A stretch of DNA of 64,000 bases from contig JAFCCU010000005.1 of NCBI GenBank assembly GCA_017610005.1, positions 4,205 through 68,204 of the forward strand, written 5' to 3'. Positions 28,976-38,755 of this stretch are shown here, piece after piece. The stretch's first letter is position 1. Each line of letters starts with the position of its first letter. The notes under the pieces were generated by a model, which made no database searches, was not told where the DNA came from, and worked only from the letters and a program-made list of their open reading frames with translations. The stretch comes from Candidatus Woesearchaeota archaeon. Its GTDB lineage: Archaea > Nanobdellota > Nanobdellia > Woesearchaeales > B29-G15. The position numbers were made by a program, and so were the translations under genes.

Positions 28976-29014
28976 GTTATTGTTCTTTTGGTTTACAACT
29001 TAAATATATTGTGA

Positions 29015-30403
29015 TTAAATTAGATTTTTAACCTTATTTATCTCTATAAATGATGCCCTCTTACTTGGCCCAGAGCTCCCAGCCAATATAAGGATAAGCT
29101 CACTTTCCTTAATTTTGTTATCTTTAATTAATTGTTTTAAGGTTTCTTTAATAAACTGATCAGTTTTGCTTTTAGTATATCTTGCATAAATGCCAAAAGA
29201 TAATCCTAGCTCTCTCATAACTCTTTTTTCATAACATTGGGAATAAACTGGATTTTTGCCTCTGCACGCCGAAAGATACATCGCAGTTCTTCCAGTGATT
29301 GTGTCTGTAATAATTGCTTTTACGGGAAGAGAAAATGAAGCTTTTACTGCTGCCCTTGACAAAAATGCAGAGATTTCATCATCAATTGGCTCAACATCAA
29401 CTTCACTTTTTGTATTGCCTTCAACTTCTAATGCAATATTGGTAATAGTTTTTATAGATTCAATGGGGTATGCCCCATAAGCTGTTTCTCCACTGAGCAT
29501 AACTGCATCAGTTCCATCATAAATTGCATTTGCAACATCACTCACTTCTGCTCTTGTTGGCCTTGGATTTACTATCATTGAATGTAATAACTGTGTTGCA
29601 ACAATGACTGTTTTTTTCTTTTCAATACATTTTTTTATGATTTTCTTTTGAATGCCTGGAATCTTTTCTTTAGCTATTTCTAAACTTAAGTCTCCTCTTG
29701 CAATCATTATTCCATGGACATGATCTAATATCTCATCAAGATTTTCAACACCCTCTTGGTTTTCTATTTTTGCAATAATTTTAATCTTGCTTTTCTTTTT
29801 ATCCAGGATTCTTTGAATTATTAAAATATCATTTTTGTTTCTCACAAATGAATGCGCTATAAAATCAATATCCTGATCTATTGCAAAATTTATGTAATCT
29901 TTATCTCTCTGACTTAGGGAAGGAAGGTTCCTACGAATCCCTGGAACATTTACTCCTTTGTTCTTTTTGATAATTCCGCTATTTTTAACCTTACAAATTA
30001 ATTTTCTTTCTTTTTTCTTTACTACTTCAAATTCAACTTGGCCATCATCAATTAAAATCATGCTTCCAACTTTTAAGTCATGTGCAAATTTTTTGTATGT
30101 AACACAAATACATTCTTTTGAGGAGATCCCTCTTGGATCTCCAACAATTAGTATTTGTTGCCCCTTTTTTACAAAAAAATCTTCTGAATGAGTTGTTCTA
30201 ATCTCTGGGCCTTTTGTATCAATGATTATTGGGATTTTATCAGAAACTTTTCTTACATTGTTAATAATTTTTTTTGCACCAGGATATTCTTGATGAGCAG
30301 TATTGATGCGTATAGCATCCATTCCTGCTTGATAAGCTTGTTTTAAAAAAGAGACTTCACAATTAAGATCCGAGATTGTAGCAATGAGCTTGGTTTGCTT
30401 CAT
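29015..30403 (-). CDS. pyk: Pyruvate kinase
   Basis: RINTAH, DTKGPEIRT, IAKIEN, MIARGDL, ATQLLHSM, DAVMLSGETA. Confidence 0.97.
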   Translation of the reverse strand: MKQTKLIATISDLNCEVSFLKQAYQAGMDAIRINTAHQEYPGAKKIINNVRKVSDKIPIIIDTKGPEIRTTHSEDFFVKKGQQILIVGDPRGISSKECICVTYKKFAHDLKVGSMILIDDGQVEFEVVKKKERKLICKVKNSGIIKKNKGVNVPGIRRNLPSLSQRDKDYINFAIDQDIDFIAHSFVRNKNDILIIQRILDKKKSKIKIIAKIENQEGVENLDEILDHVHGIMIARGDLSLEIAKEKIPGIQKKIIKKCIEKKKTVIVATQLLHSMIVNPRPTRAEVSDVANAIYDGTDAVMLSGETAYGAYPIESIKTITNIALEVEGNTKSEVDVEPIDDEISAFLSRAAVKASFSLPVKAIITDTITGRTAMYLSACRGKNPVYSQCYEKRVMRELGLSFGIYARYTKSKTDQFIKETLKQLIKDNKIKESELILILAGSSGPSKRASFIEINKVKNLI

Positions 30404-30477
30404 AGTAAGTATTTGGAGTGACTTCTATAAATATTTATTTATTTTCAAAATGCATTAGAATTGATTATTTTTAATAT

Positions 30478-30575
30478 ATTTACTGCAAATCGTTAAGGTG
30501 GAGGGTGAGAGGTATGGAGTTGAAGGCATAGTATTTTTCACTACAGACTCCGAACTGCAAACTCCAGACTGCTAA
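30478..30575 (-). repeat. Heptamer/linker element immediately 3' of tRNA-Ser
   Basis: Minus strand reads GCAGTCT GGAGTTT GCAGTTC GGAGTCT GTAGTGAAAAATACT ... ACCTTAACG. Confidence 0.85.
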
Positions 30576-30658
30576 CGCCGAGGATGGGACTCGAACCCAT
30601 GTGTCCGCGAAGACAGAGAATTAGCAATCCTCCGCAATAGCCACTATGCGACCCCGGC
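30576..30658 (-). tRNA. tRNA-Ser(GCT), long variable arm, CCA not encoded
   Basis: Folds as GCCGGGG/CCTCGGC acceptor stem, GAGGA-TTGCTAA-TTCTC anticodon arm, TTCGAGT T-loop, discriminator G. Confidence 0.96.
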
Positions 30659-30803
30659 ATGAAAATCTAATGTTGTGGGACCTTTTTTATAGTTTTCTGT
30701 TAAGTTTTCTTAAAATTGAAGCTAAAAGGGAGATTGTGGTTTTTTGCGTTAAAAAATATCTTTTGACGTAACTTTTTTATACTTCTTAGTTAAAGATTGA
30801 TAA

Positions 30804-32789
30804 ATGAAAAGAGGTATGTTATTATTATTGCTACTGTGCATGCCTTTAGTTACGGCTAATACTGACTGGATGTTTCAGGCATCTTCTGTTGAATTCACTC
30901 AGGATATCACTCAATTAATTATTATTGATCGATTTTCGGATTTTTCTAGGGTTGCATCATTATCTATGAATACAACTTTATTTCCAAGGGAAACAACAAG
31001 ACAAGAAATTGGTTATCAGTATTCAATCCCAAATATGTCAAAAATAGATGAGGTGTATACTAAAAAATGGCTTTTGCCACAAGATATTATTAATTTCTCA
31101 GTATATTCTAAAATTATAAATAAACATGTGATCAAAGAGGTAAAAAGAGAAGTTGCATATCCCATAACAAGAGTTACAAAAGAAACTTTGGAGTACACAG
31201 GCCCAACAGAAAAAATAAATTCAGAAGATTCTTCAATTAAGCAATTAGCTTCAAAATTAGCTGGAGGGGAATCTGATTTATTTAGAATTGCAAGTAAAAT
31301 TGGGTTTTGGATTCATGACAATATAACGTATTCTTCTGAGGGAGAAACAAGGGATGCAACTTTTGATGCTGTTTGGACATTAAAAAATAAAGTTGGCGCT
31401 TGTGATGAACTTTCTGGATTATACATTTCATTACTCAGATCATTAAAAATCCCAGCAAGATATGTTGTGGGGCAAGCTTATTCAGGTCAAGAAGACTTAC
31501 CTTACCAGAGTCATGGTTGGGTTGAAGTATTCTTTTTAGGTCATGGGTGGGTTCCATTCGACTCGGCTTATGGGGAATTTGGATATGTAGATAATTCCCA
31601 TATCGAATATTATGATTCAGTTAATCTTGTGACTAGTCCAATTGTAGTACTTTATGATGGGAGTGGCATTAATATATCAATTCTACAACCAATTTCTAAA
31701 ACAACATTAATTAATAAGGGAAAGGAAGTACTCCCCCCCTATAATCTTAAAATTACACCCTACAAGACAACTGTTGGTTTTGGTTCATATAATTATGTAG
31801 AGGTAATAATCAACAACACTGAACCATATTATGTTGCAGAAATTTTAACAATGTCACAAACTGAAGGGCTTAATTTTGTAGGTGATAGAAATCGATATGT
31901 TCTTCTTGGGCCTAATGAGATTGTTAAAGAATATTTTGTATTCCAAACACCAGATAATGTGTCAGATAGATACTTTTATACATACCCCCTGGTTGCAAAG
32001 ACTTTGCGGAATTATGAAGTTTCTACTCAGTTTCAAGGCAGAGATTCATTTGAAGTTATATCTAAGGAGAGGGTTGATGAAATATTATCAATAATTCCCA
32101 AAAACATAATTAAAAAAAGCATTAGTAAAAATGTGATTTTAGAATGCATTCATGAGGGCGGTGCAGTTTATCTTGATGAGGAGACAGTTTATAATTGCTC
32201 TGTTGAAAATCGGGGGAATACCCCCTTGAAGAATCTTAAATTGTGTTTAAATAAAAATTGTAAACCTCTTAATCTTGAAATGGGAGAATTAAATTTATTT
32301 GAGTTTACTCATAATTTTAAAAATCCCGGCCCTCAAGATGCTATTTTTATATTAGAAGGAGAAGGTATTGGGGAGTCTTACATACTTTCAGCAGATGTTT
32401 TGGTGGCCCCAGAATTATCTATTACAATCTTTTTTGCTCCAAGTATAGTTTCTTATAAAGACAAATTTGAAATTGAATTCCAACTGAATAATACGTTGCG
32501 TTCACCTGTAAAAGAGGTGTTTGTAAATATTTCTCATGAATATTTCTCAGATGGATTTTCTGTGCCTTCTTTTAAGAATGCCAGGATAATTACTGTGGGG
32601 GCAAGGGCTAGAGACTTAAAAGTTGGAGAGAATATCCTATTAATTAAGGTTAATTATACAGATATGCTTGAAAGAGATTATCTCCTTGAAAAAGAAGTAT
32701 CAATTACCCTTGGAAAGTTATCTGTTGTTCAAAGAATTGCGCAGTGGATTAAGGGCGTTTTTAAAGGGTTAGATTCTCTGTTTGAATGA
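30804..32789 (+). CDS. Secreted transglutaminase-like domain protein with Ig/CARDB-like C-terminal domains
   Basis: Signal peptide; GACDE, HGWVEV, WVPFD (Cys-His-Asp triad). Confidence 0.85.
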   Translation: MKRGMLLLLLLCMPLVTANTDWMFQASSVEFTQDITQLIIIDRFSDFSRVASLSMNTTLFPRETTRQEIGYQYSIPNMSKIDEVYTKKWLLPQDIINFSVYSKIINKHVIKEVKREVAYPITRVTKETLEYTGPTEKINSEDSSIKQLASKLAGGESDLFRIASKIGFWIHDNITYSSEGETRDATFDAVWTLKNKVGACDELSGLYISLLRSLKIPARYVVGQAYSGQEDLPYQSHGWVEVFFLGHGWVPFDSAYGEFGYVDNSHIEYYDSVNLVTSPIVVLYDGSGINISILQPISKTTLINKGKEVLPPYNLKITPYKTTVGFGSYNYVEVIINNTEPYYVAEILTMSQTEGLNFVGDRNRYVLLGPNEIVKEYFVFQTPDNVSDRYFYTYPLVAKTLRNYEVSTQFQGRDSFEVISKERVDEILSIIPKNIIKKSISKNVILECIHEGGAVYLDEETVYNCSVENRGNTPLKNLKLCLNKNCKPLNLEMGELNLFEFTHNFKNPGPQDAIFILEGEGIGESYILSADVLVAPELSITIFFAPSIVSYKDKFEIEFQLNNTLRSPVKEVFVNISHEYFSDGFSVPSFKNARIITVGARARDLKVGENILLIKVNYTDMLERDYLLEKEVSITLGKLSVVQRIAQWIKGVFKGLDSLFE

Positions 32790-34194
32790 TCCCAGTAACA
32801 CTTCTTAACATATGGCCTGTGACTTTTATATTATAAAATTTCCTTAGTTCAATTCTTTCATTTAGTCCAACAATTAGCGGGTAACTGCCAAATTGTCTTC
32901 CAAAGGTATGGTTGCCATCGTGAACTTCCATAAATACATCTTTTAGAATTGTTCCAATTGGGACAATTTTTTTTAACATTTCATGATCAATTTGCTCCCT
33001 TACTGCTTTTCTAAATGAAAAATAATGTTTTCTGTTCTTACGCCAATATTTTAATCCCCCATTTTCTGCTAAGAAGGTGCCTGGAAAAACATTAATTTGA
33101 CGAATATTTATTCTTCTAAAAAGCATTCCAGAATCAAGAATTTCTTTTAAGAATTTCAAATTAAGTTCAAGGCTTTTTTTATTTTCACCAAGAAGCCCAA
33201 GAATTAAATTTATTCCGGGTAGAAACTTTGGCAGGCCATTTTCCCCCCTAACTGCTCCAAATTTGTTAATAGTCATTATTGCATCTAACACTTGCTTTGG
33301 GCTTGAGTTGATATTATTGGCTTTGATTACTGCTTCATCAAAACTTTCAACCCCTAGTGCAGCCACATTCCCAGAAGTGCAATACTTGGCAATTGCTTCA
33401 GATATTTCTGGCCTTTTAGCTGCAATTGCAGGATCAACATTGTCAATATGGAGAGTTTTAAGTTTTAAGTTATGAAGCTTTTCTAAAATTTCAATCTCTG
33501 GGTATGAGAAAAAATCCGATTGTTTTCCAAGCCTGAAATGCTCTACTCCCTTGGCTTTTAAAGCAATAACTTCTTTTATAACTTCCTTGCTTTTCCTCCA
33601 TTCATGCTTATTTTTTAAAGGTTCAGTGCAAAAAGAACAACCTGTTTTCCGAGCGCACCCCTTGCCCAATTCAATTTCAGCGATAATTGGTAATTTTATT
33701 TGATCAACAATGCTTACACCAAGTGGTGCAAATTTGTTAATTTCTTTATAATCATTTGGGATTAGGTAAGTGCCATCAAGATAATCTAATTCACTTTTTA
33801 CTTTCTTGCCTCCAAATTGCTGCCCCCCAAGTCCTGCACTTGGACCAGCGAGCAGTTTTTTTGCATTGTATGGGGCAAGTAATCTTGCAGCTTCTTTAAC
33901 TGTGCCAGGGATTGCTGATAAATATTTGCCAGGGGTTTGTATACCTGCAATAACAATAATTAAATCTGCTTCTTTTATAACTTCTTTAGTGTTCTTAGTT
34001 CTATTAAATGTTAAGATGTCTGTTTTTTGTCCGGGTTTTCTAGCTTCCCTTAAATCATCAATCCGCAGGTAAAAAGGTTCATCTTTATTGGCTAATGCTT
34101 CTCCAAATAAATACCTTGGATAGACTCCAAGGTAAGGTGGGACTCCAAGCCCCGCAGGTTCATCTGTGTAACAGTCAACAATTACTATTTTCAT
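32761..34194 (-). CDS. Archaeal radical SAM protein (COG1031-like)
   Basis: DCYTDEPAGLGVPPY N-terminus; GCARKTGCSFC cluster motif; PGINLILGL; C-terminal FGRQFGSYP. Start moved to MKIVIVD. Confidence 0.85.
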   Translation of the reverse strand: MKIVIVDCYTDEPAGLGVPPYLGVYPRYLFGEALANKDEPFYLRIDDLREARKPGQKTDILTFNRTKNTKEVIKEADLIIVIAGIQTPGKYLSAIPGTVKEAARLLAPYNAKKLLAGPSAGLGGQQFGGKKVKSELDYLDGTYLIPNDYKEINKFAPLGVSIVDQIKLPIIAEIELGKGCARKTGCSFCTEPLKNKHEWRKSKEVIKEVIALKAKGVEHFRLGKQSDFFSYPEIEILEKLHNLKLKTLHIDNVDPAIAAKRPEISEAIAKYCTSGNVAALGVESFDEAVIKANNINSSPKQVLDAIMTINKFGAVRGENGLPKFLPGINLILGLLGENKKSLELNLKFLKEILDSGMLFRRINIRQINVFPGTFLAENGGLKYWRKNRKHYFSFRKAVREQIDHEMLKKIVPIGTILKDVFMEVHDGNHTFGRQFGSYPLIVGLNERIELRKFYNIKVTGHMLRSVTGIIQTENLTL

Positions 34195-35338
34195 AAGTTT
34201 CCTCAATTGCATTTGCAACTACATCAACAACCTCTTTGTTTAATGGAGAAGGGATAATGTTCTCTTCATTAAGCGCTTCACCTGGAATCATTGATGCGAT
34301 AGCATTTGCTGCAGCTAATTTCATCTCTGTTGTAATCTGCGGGGCCTTACACTTAAAAACTCCCTTGAATATCCCTGGAAATGCAAGTAAATTATTAACT
34401 TGGTTTGGAAAATCAGAGCGGCCGGTTGCAATAACTCTGGCGCCTCCTGCTTTTGCAATATCTGGCATTATTTCTGGAGTGGGGTTTGCCATTGCAAGAA
34501 TAATTGCATCTTTGTTCATAGCCACTACCATCTCCTGTGAGACAAGATTTCCTTTTGAAACTCCAATAAATACATCTGCTCCCATAATTATTTGAGATAA
34601 GGGGCCAGATTCTCTATTTGGGTTTGTCCGGGATGCTAGCTCTTCATGGTGGGTAGCTATAAAACTAGGTTCATCAAGTAAGGCGCCATTTTTGTCACAT
34701 ACAATAATATTCTTTGCGCCTGCATTAATTAATTGGTTTGTTACTGCAGTCCCCGCTGCTCCCCCCCCATTTATTACTATTTTAACCTCTTGTATTTGTT
34801 TACAGACCACTTTTAGTGCATTGATTAGCGCAGCATGCACAACTATTGCAGTTCCATGTTGATCATCATGGAATACTGGAATGTCTAACTTTTCTTTTAA
34901 TTGCCGTTCAATTTCAAAACAGCGTGGGGCCGAAATATCTTCAAGATTTATTCCTCCAAATCCCGGGGAGATTAAGACAGTAGTTTTTACTATATCCTCA
35001 ACTTCTTTTGAATCAATACAAATAGGCATTGCATCAACTCCTCCAAATTCTTTAAATAGCAGGGCTTTTCCTTCCATTACAGGAAGTGAAGCTTCTGGTC
35101 CAATGTCTCCTAAGCCAAGAACCGCCGAACCATCAGTAACAACTGCTACAAGATTGCCCTTGCCAGTGTATTTGTAGACAGCAGATTTATCTTGCGCTAT
35201 AACCTTGCAAGGCTCTGCGACCCCAGGGGTATAAAGTAAAGAGAGATATCTTCTTTCTTTAACTTTAAATTTACTGTTGATGCTTAGTTTCCCTTTAGCT
35301 TTTTCATGTATTTCCAATGCTTCTTCTTTTAAGTCCAT
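34175..35338 (-). CDS. NAD(P)-dependent malic enzyme
   Basis: YTPGVAEPC, VTDGSAVLGLG, PVMEGKA, INLEDI, FHDDQHGTA, ANPTPEI, TGRSDFPNQ. Confidence 0.95.
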   Translation of the reverse strand: MDLKEEALEIHEKAKGKLSINSKFKVKERRYLSLLYTPGVAEPCKVIAQDKSAVYKYTGKGNLVAVVTDGSAVLGLGDIGPEASLPVMEGKALLFKEFGGVDAMPICIDSKEVEDIVKTTVLISPGFGGINLEDISAPRCFEIERQLKEKLDIPVFHDDQHGTAIVVHAALINALKVVCKQIQEVKIVINGGGAAGTAVTNQLINAGAKNIIVCDKNGALLDEPSFIATHHEELASRTNPNRESGPLSQIIMGADVFIGVSKGNLVSQEMVVAMNKDAIILAMANPTPEIMPDIAKAGGARVIATGRSDFPNQVNNLLAFPGIFKGVFKCKAPQITTEMKLAAANAIASMIPGEALNEENIIPSPLNKEVVDVVANAIEETYENSNC

Positions 35339-35344
35339 GTTTAT

Positions 35345-36265
35345 CTATTCCTTAAATTCAGCATCATCTATTATTCCATCAGAATCAAAGTCAATGCCTT
35401 CTACAACTTTTGCCATTATACTTTCATCATATTTATTGCCTTTAGTTACTTCATTAAAATGTTTTAAAATTCCCACGATTGCTGCTTTTGTTCCTGCATG
35501 CCTTTTACCTGCAATTAGAAGCACATTATGGTCCGGGGATAATGGATTTTTAGTACGAACGATTATTCCAAGTTCATCTCCTGTGTAAGTATTGCCAGTA
35601 ATTGTTGATTTAATAGTTAAGGTGTCTCCTTTTTCAAAGTGTACTGGCAGGGAATCATTTATTTGTTCTGTAATTTTATTTACAATTGGGCCTCCAATTA
35701 GAATTAAATTTTGTTTTAGTTCTTCGGGATTTACTTCAGTATCTAGTTTTACATTTGGTTTTTGAACAAAATTTAGGAACGTTCCAATTAAAAGTCCTAG
35801 ATCAATACCATAATAACCATCCCTTGCTCTTGCTTTATCTGGTCCGTGAGGATCTGGAGAGCCTGTAACAATTAAAGCATTTAGGGCCCCATTTTCAATA
35901 AAAGGTGCGAAGAATGACGCTTCTTCTTTTAGTTTTAGTGCATTAGGGCTTCTTTGGAACTCACTAAATGAAAAGAAAAATCCTTTTTTTGAAAGCGTAT
36001 AGTATTTTGCAAAAGAGCCTTTGATTCGTTCTGTTTTTGTGGGGATAACAATCCCTGCTTTTTCTAAATTTCTAATGTGGTAGTAAATCTTTTGCTCGTG
36101 TTCATCTAATACTTGGGCAATTGCCTTAGGGTAGAGCTCATTTCCCTTTAATGCATTAATTATTTTAAAGACTAGGGGGGAATTAAGATGATTTAATTTC
36201 TTAAGAGAAATCTCCTCTGCAGGTAAAGATTTAACACCAGTTTCATCAGTTTTTACAATATACAT
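35345..36265 (-). CDS. ArsR-like HTH transcriptional regulator with an uncharacterised C-terminal domain
   Basis: YPKAIAQ..EQKIYYHIRNLEKAG wHTH; C-terminal GSPDPHGP, LILIGGPIVN, AGKRHAGT. Confidence 0.7.
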   Translation of the reverse strand: MYIVKTDETGVKSLPAEEISLKKLNHLNSPLVFKIINALKGNELYPKAIAQVLDEHEQKIYYHIRNLEKAGIVIPTKTERIKGSFAKYYTLSKKGFFFSFSEFQRSPNALKLKEEASFFAPFIENGALNALIVTGSPDPHGPDKARARDGYYGIDLGLLIGTFLNFVQKPNVKLDTEVNPEELKQNLILIGGPIVNKITEQINDSLPVHFEKGDTLTIKSTITGNTYTGDELGIIVRTKNPLSPDHNVLLIAGKRHAGTKAAIVGILKHFNEVTKGNKYDESIMAKVVEGIDFDSDGIIDDAEFKE

Positions 36266-36330
36266 TTAACCACCCAAAATCATTTTATAGAACAGCTAAA
36301 AATAACTTTATAAAACTTTCGAAAGATAGC

Positions 36331-37251
36331 TTATTTAAAATTCCTTATTTGGTCAATGATCAATCTAAGCATCATAGATACGTATAGCTTAGCATTCCCA
36401 TTATCAGACTCTTCTAATGTTGAGTAGTAATCTTCTCTTTTTTCAAATGGGATAAAAAACATAGGATATTTATTTTTCATTAAAATCCAGTTCATAATAA
36501 CCCTTGCAGTTCTTCCATTTCCATCTTCGAAAGGATGAATCCAAGCAATCTTAGCATGAATTAAAGTTGCGAGTGAAAAAGGGTGGATAGTTTGTTTATT
36601 GGCGCTGTACCATTTATACATATTTAGAAGATGCTTTTTCACTTCCTCATTCTTAGGAGGAGTATGGCTAGCTCCTTCGATTTTAACATCAAAGAATCTA
36701 ATTCTCCCTCCATAAACTACGTCCGTATTCTTTGTTAAAATTCCATTTACTTGCTCAAGCAGTTTGTTGTTTAGCCCTCCATCATATCCCTTTAAAAATT
36801 CAAGGCATTTCCTGCCATTGATCGCTTCATGATAATCAACTGCCCTTACCCCTGAAGGGAGCACTTTATCTTTTAGGATTAGTGCAGTTTGCCTTAATGT
36901 AAGTCGATTGCCTTCAATAGCATTTGTGTTGTAGGTAAATCTTATCACAAAATCATCATAGAGTTTTTCCCTAACACTCTTTGGAGTTTTTTTAATCCAC
37001 TCCTTAAAACCTTCCTTTAGATCTTGAAGTGTCTCCGCATTTTGGTTTTTTAAGAAAGAGTATGTTGGTTTTAAAAATTCCTTGGCTTTTTTCTCTATCT
37101 CTTTAGCATGAGCGTTTATTTCTTCTTTAGTTGGAGTTTTATCTCCTAGATATACTCTTATCTTCTTCCATTTATTTATTTCTAGTCTAACATTCTTTGT
37201 GAGATAGAAATATTCCTTATTCCCCTTCCTCATCCTCTCTAAATAAGTCAC
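36331..37251 (-). CDS. Fic family protein with an N-terminal extension
   Basis: Canonical HPFEDGNGRTAR; TNAIEGN. Confidence 0.93.
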   Translation of the reverse strand: MTYLERMRKGNKEYFYLTKNVRLEINKWKKIRVYLGDKTPTKEEINAHAKEIEKKAKEFLKPTYSFLKNQNAETLQDLKEGFKEWIKKTPKSVREKLYDDFVIRFTYNTNAIEGNRLTLRQTALILKDKVLPSGVRAVDYHEAINGRKCLEFLKGYDGGLNNKLLEQVNGILTKNTDVVYGGRIRFFDVKIEGASHTPPKNEEVKKHLLNMYKWYSANKQTIHPFSLATLIHAKIAWIHPFEDGNGRTARVIMNWILMKNKYPMFFIPFEKREDYYSTLEESDNGNAKLYVSMMLRLIIDQIRNFK

Positions 37252-37257
37252 AGGAAC

Positions 37258-37306
37258 CTTATGTGCACATTAATATTTAAATCTTTCGTTAAAATGTGCA
37301 CATAAG
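37258..37306. promoter_or_regulatory. Pair of inverted operator-like sites around a TATA box between the divergent Fic and CYTH genes
   Basis: CTTATGTGCACATT (37258-37271) and its exact inverse (37293-37306); each contains the palindrome ATGTGCACAT. Confidence 0.65.
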
Positions 37307-37346
37307 TTCTGATCGATTTAAATACGTAAGAAAGTTAAGAATTCTT

Positions 37347-37823
37347 ATGCAAGAGATTGAGAGGAAATTTTTAGTTAAAGTGCTCCCTAGTTTGGACGCT
37401 TTTCCAAGTACTGTTTACGAGAGATATTTTTTAGTCATAAAACCTGATTATGAAGAGAGGATTCAGAAGAAAGGAGAGATATTTGAAAAAGAGATTAAAA
37501 GAAAAACCTCAGAACTCACGCGAATTACTGAAAAGAAGACAATTTCAAGGGAAGAATTTGAAAAATTAAAAGAAACGGCGAGTTATAAGATTTCTAGGAT
37601 AAGTTATTTCCTTGAGCCAAACCTTACCATTAAAGTGTATTTGGGAGATTATGAAGGATTAGTGCGAGCTGAAATTGAATTTGATTCTGAGATTGATGCG
37701 AAGAACTTTATTCCTTTAGACTGGATGGGCCAGGAGATAACAAACACCAAATTAGGAAAAGATTCTAAACTAGTTAAATTAAATCAAAAAGAGTTTTTAT
37801 CTTTAATTAAAGAATATTCGTAA
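37347..37823 (+). CDS. CYTH-domain (adenylate cyclase/triphosphatase-like) protein
   Basis: MQEIERKFLV (ExExK motif), AEIEF, WMGQEIT. Confidence 0.85.
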   Translation: MQEIERKFLVKVLPSLDAFPSTVYERYFLVIKPDYEERIQKKGEIFEKEIKRKTSELTRITEKKTISREEFEKLKETASYKISRISYFLEPNLTIKVYLGDYEGLVRAEIEFDSEIDAKNFIPLDWMGQEITNTKLGKDSKLVKLNQKEFLSLIKEYS

Positions 37824-38082
37824 TCTGATTAATATGCTCAGCAACCTTCTCTCCTCTTTTGGTTAGCTTTAGAAGTTTGATACGGCCTTGCTTAACAAAT
37901 TCAATTAAACCAGAATTGTGCATTTGTTGAAGGATTTTGACAACGTGAGAATATGTGCAATTGATGTCTTTTGCTAAAGAAGATGCGTAAATTTCTGTCT
38001 TTGCATTAAGTAGGCCCAACAACATTAAGGCTGGTTTTTTCCTAAAAAACACATTAAATATTTTCTTTTCTCTTCCTAACAT
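37807..38082 (-). CDS. Winged-helix (MarR-like) DNA-binding protein
   Basis: ASSLAKDINCTYSHVVKIL...GLIEF.KQGR...LTKRG. Confidence 0.8.
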   Translation of the reverse strand: MLGREKKIFNVFFRKKPALMLLGLLNAKTEIYASSLAKDINCTYSHVVKILQQMHNSGLIEFVKQGRIKLLKLTKRGEKVAEHINQITNIL

Positions 38083-38123
38083 TTTAACCCTCGTAAACTA
38101 TCTATTAAGAAGTATGTTTTCAT

Positions 38124-38651
38124 TTATATACTTTTCCATAGTACCTTTTTTGGTTGTGATATCATACCCATAGATAATTGCTGCTCAAACCGCTTGGCTG
38201 TAGACGTGGCATAGCGGACCATAAAGTTAAATTCGATCTTAACATCTTTAATTGCAACTTCAATTTTTTCTGAATCAAGTTTAGTTCCAATTATGAGCAG
38301 ATTTGCTGAAGTTGTTTTTTCTGCATAAAGAAGAACTGATTCTACTCCTTCTACCCCCTTTATTTTTGAAACAAAGCGATCAACAGGATTTTTTGAGATT
38401 AAAGCTGAAAGCTGTGCAACTCGTTCATTATCATTAAGTTGGTAAAACTTAAAACGGTTAATCTGGTTAAGTTTGATTATTTCAAGATCAGTTAATTTTT
38501 TTAAGATTCTAAATGTTGTTGCTACTGGAACTTTTGTTATAACTGAAATTTCTCTTAAGTAAAGATTAGAATTTTTATTTTCTAAAAAGTGTGTGAGGAT
38601 TGAAAGCATTTTTTGATCAAAGAGGGCTCCTAAGAATTTTGAGTTATCCAT
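38124..38651 (-). CDS. HTH plus degenerate minimal nucleotidyltransferase domain protein
   Basis: LYLREIS...VATTFRIL HTH; VLLYA...NLLIIG in place of the usual G-S/DxD motif. Confidence 0.65.
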   Translation of the reverse strand: MDNSKFLGALFDQKMLSILTHFLENKNSNLYLREISVITKVPVATTFRILKKLTDLEIIKLNQINRFKFYQLNDNERVAQLSALISKNPVDRFVSKIKGVEGVESVLLYAEKTTSANLLIIGTKLDSEKIEVAIKDVKIEFNFMVRYATSTAKRFEQQLSMGMISQPKKVLWKSI

Positions 38652-38693
38652 GAAATATTTGTTTTAGAGGTAGTATTTATACTTTTCCATTTA

Positions 38694-38719
38694 TGGAACA
38701 ATGTTCCAGATTTGGAACA
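38694..38719. promoter_or_regulatory. Palindromic operator-like site upstream of the HTH-NTase gene
   Basis: TGGAACA-A-TGTTCCA plus a third half-site TGGAACA at 38713-38719. Confidence 0.55.
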
Positions 38720-38755
38720 TCCTCAATAAAAAAGAGTAATTTACTATTAATTCAT

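Noticed and set aside
27326-35338. Bacterial-type glgP, pyk and malic enzyme as a recent HGT island
   Set aside because: Composition looks host-like, there are no boundaries or mobility genes, and such enzymes are ordinary in fermentative DPANN genomes
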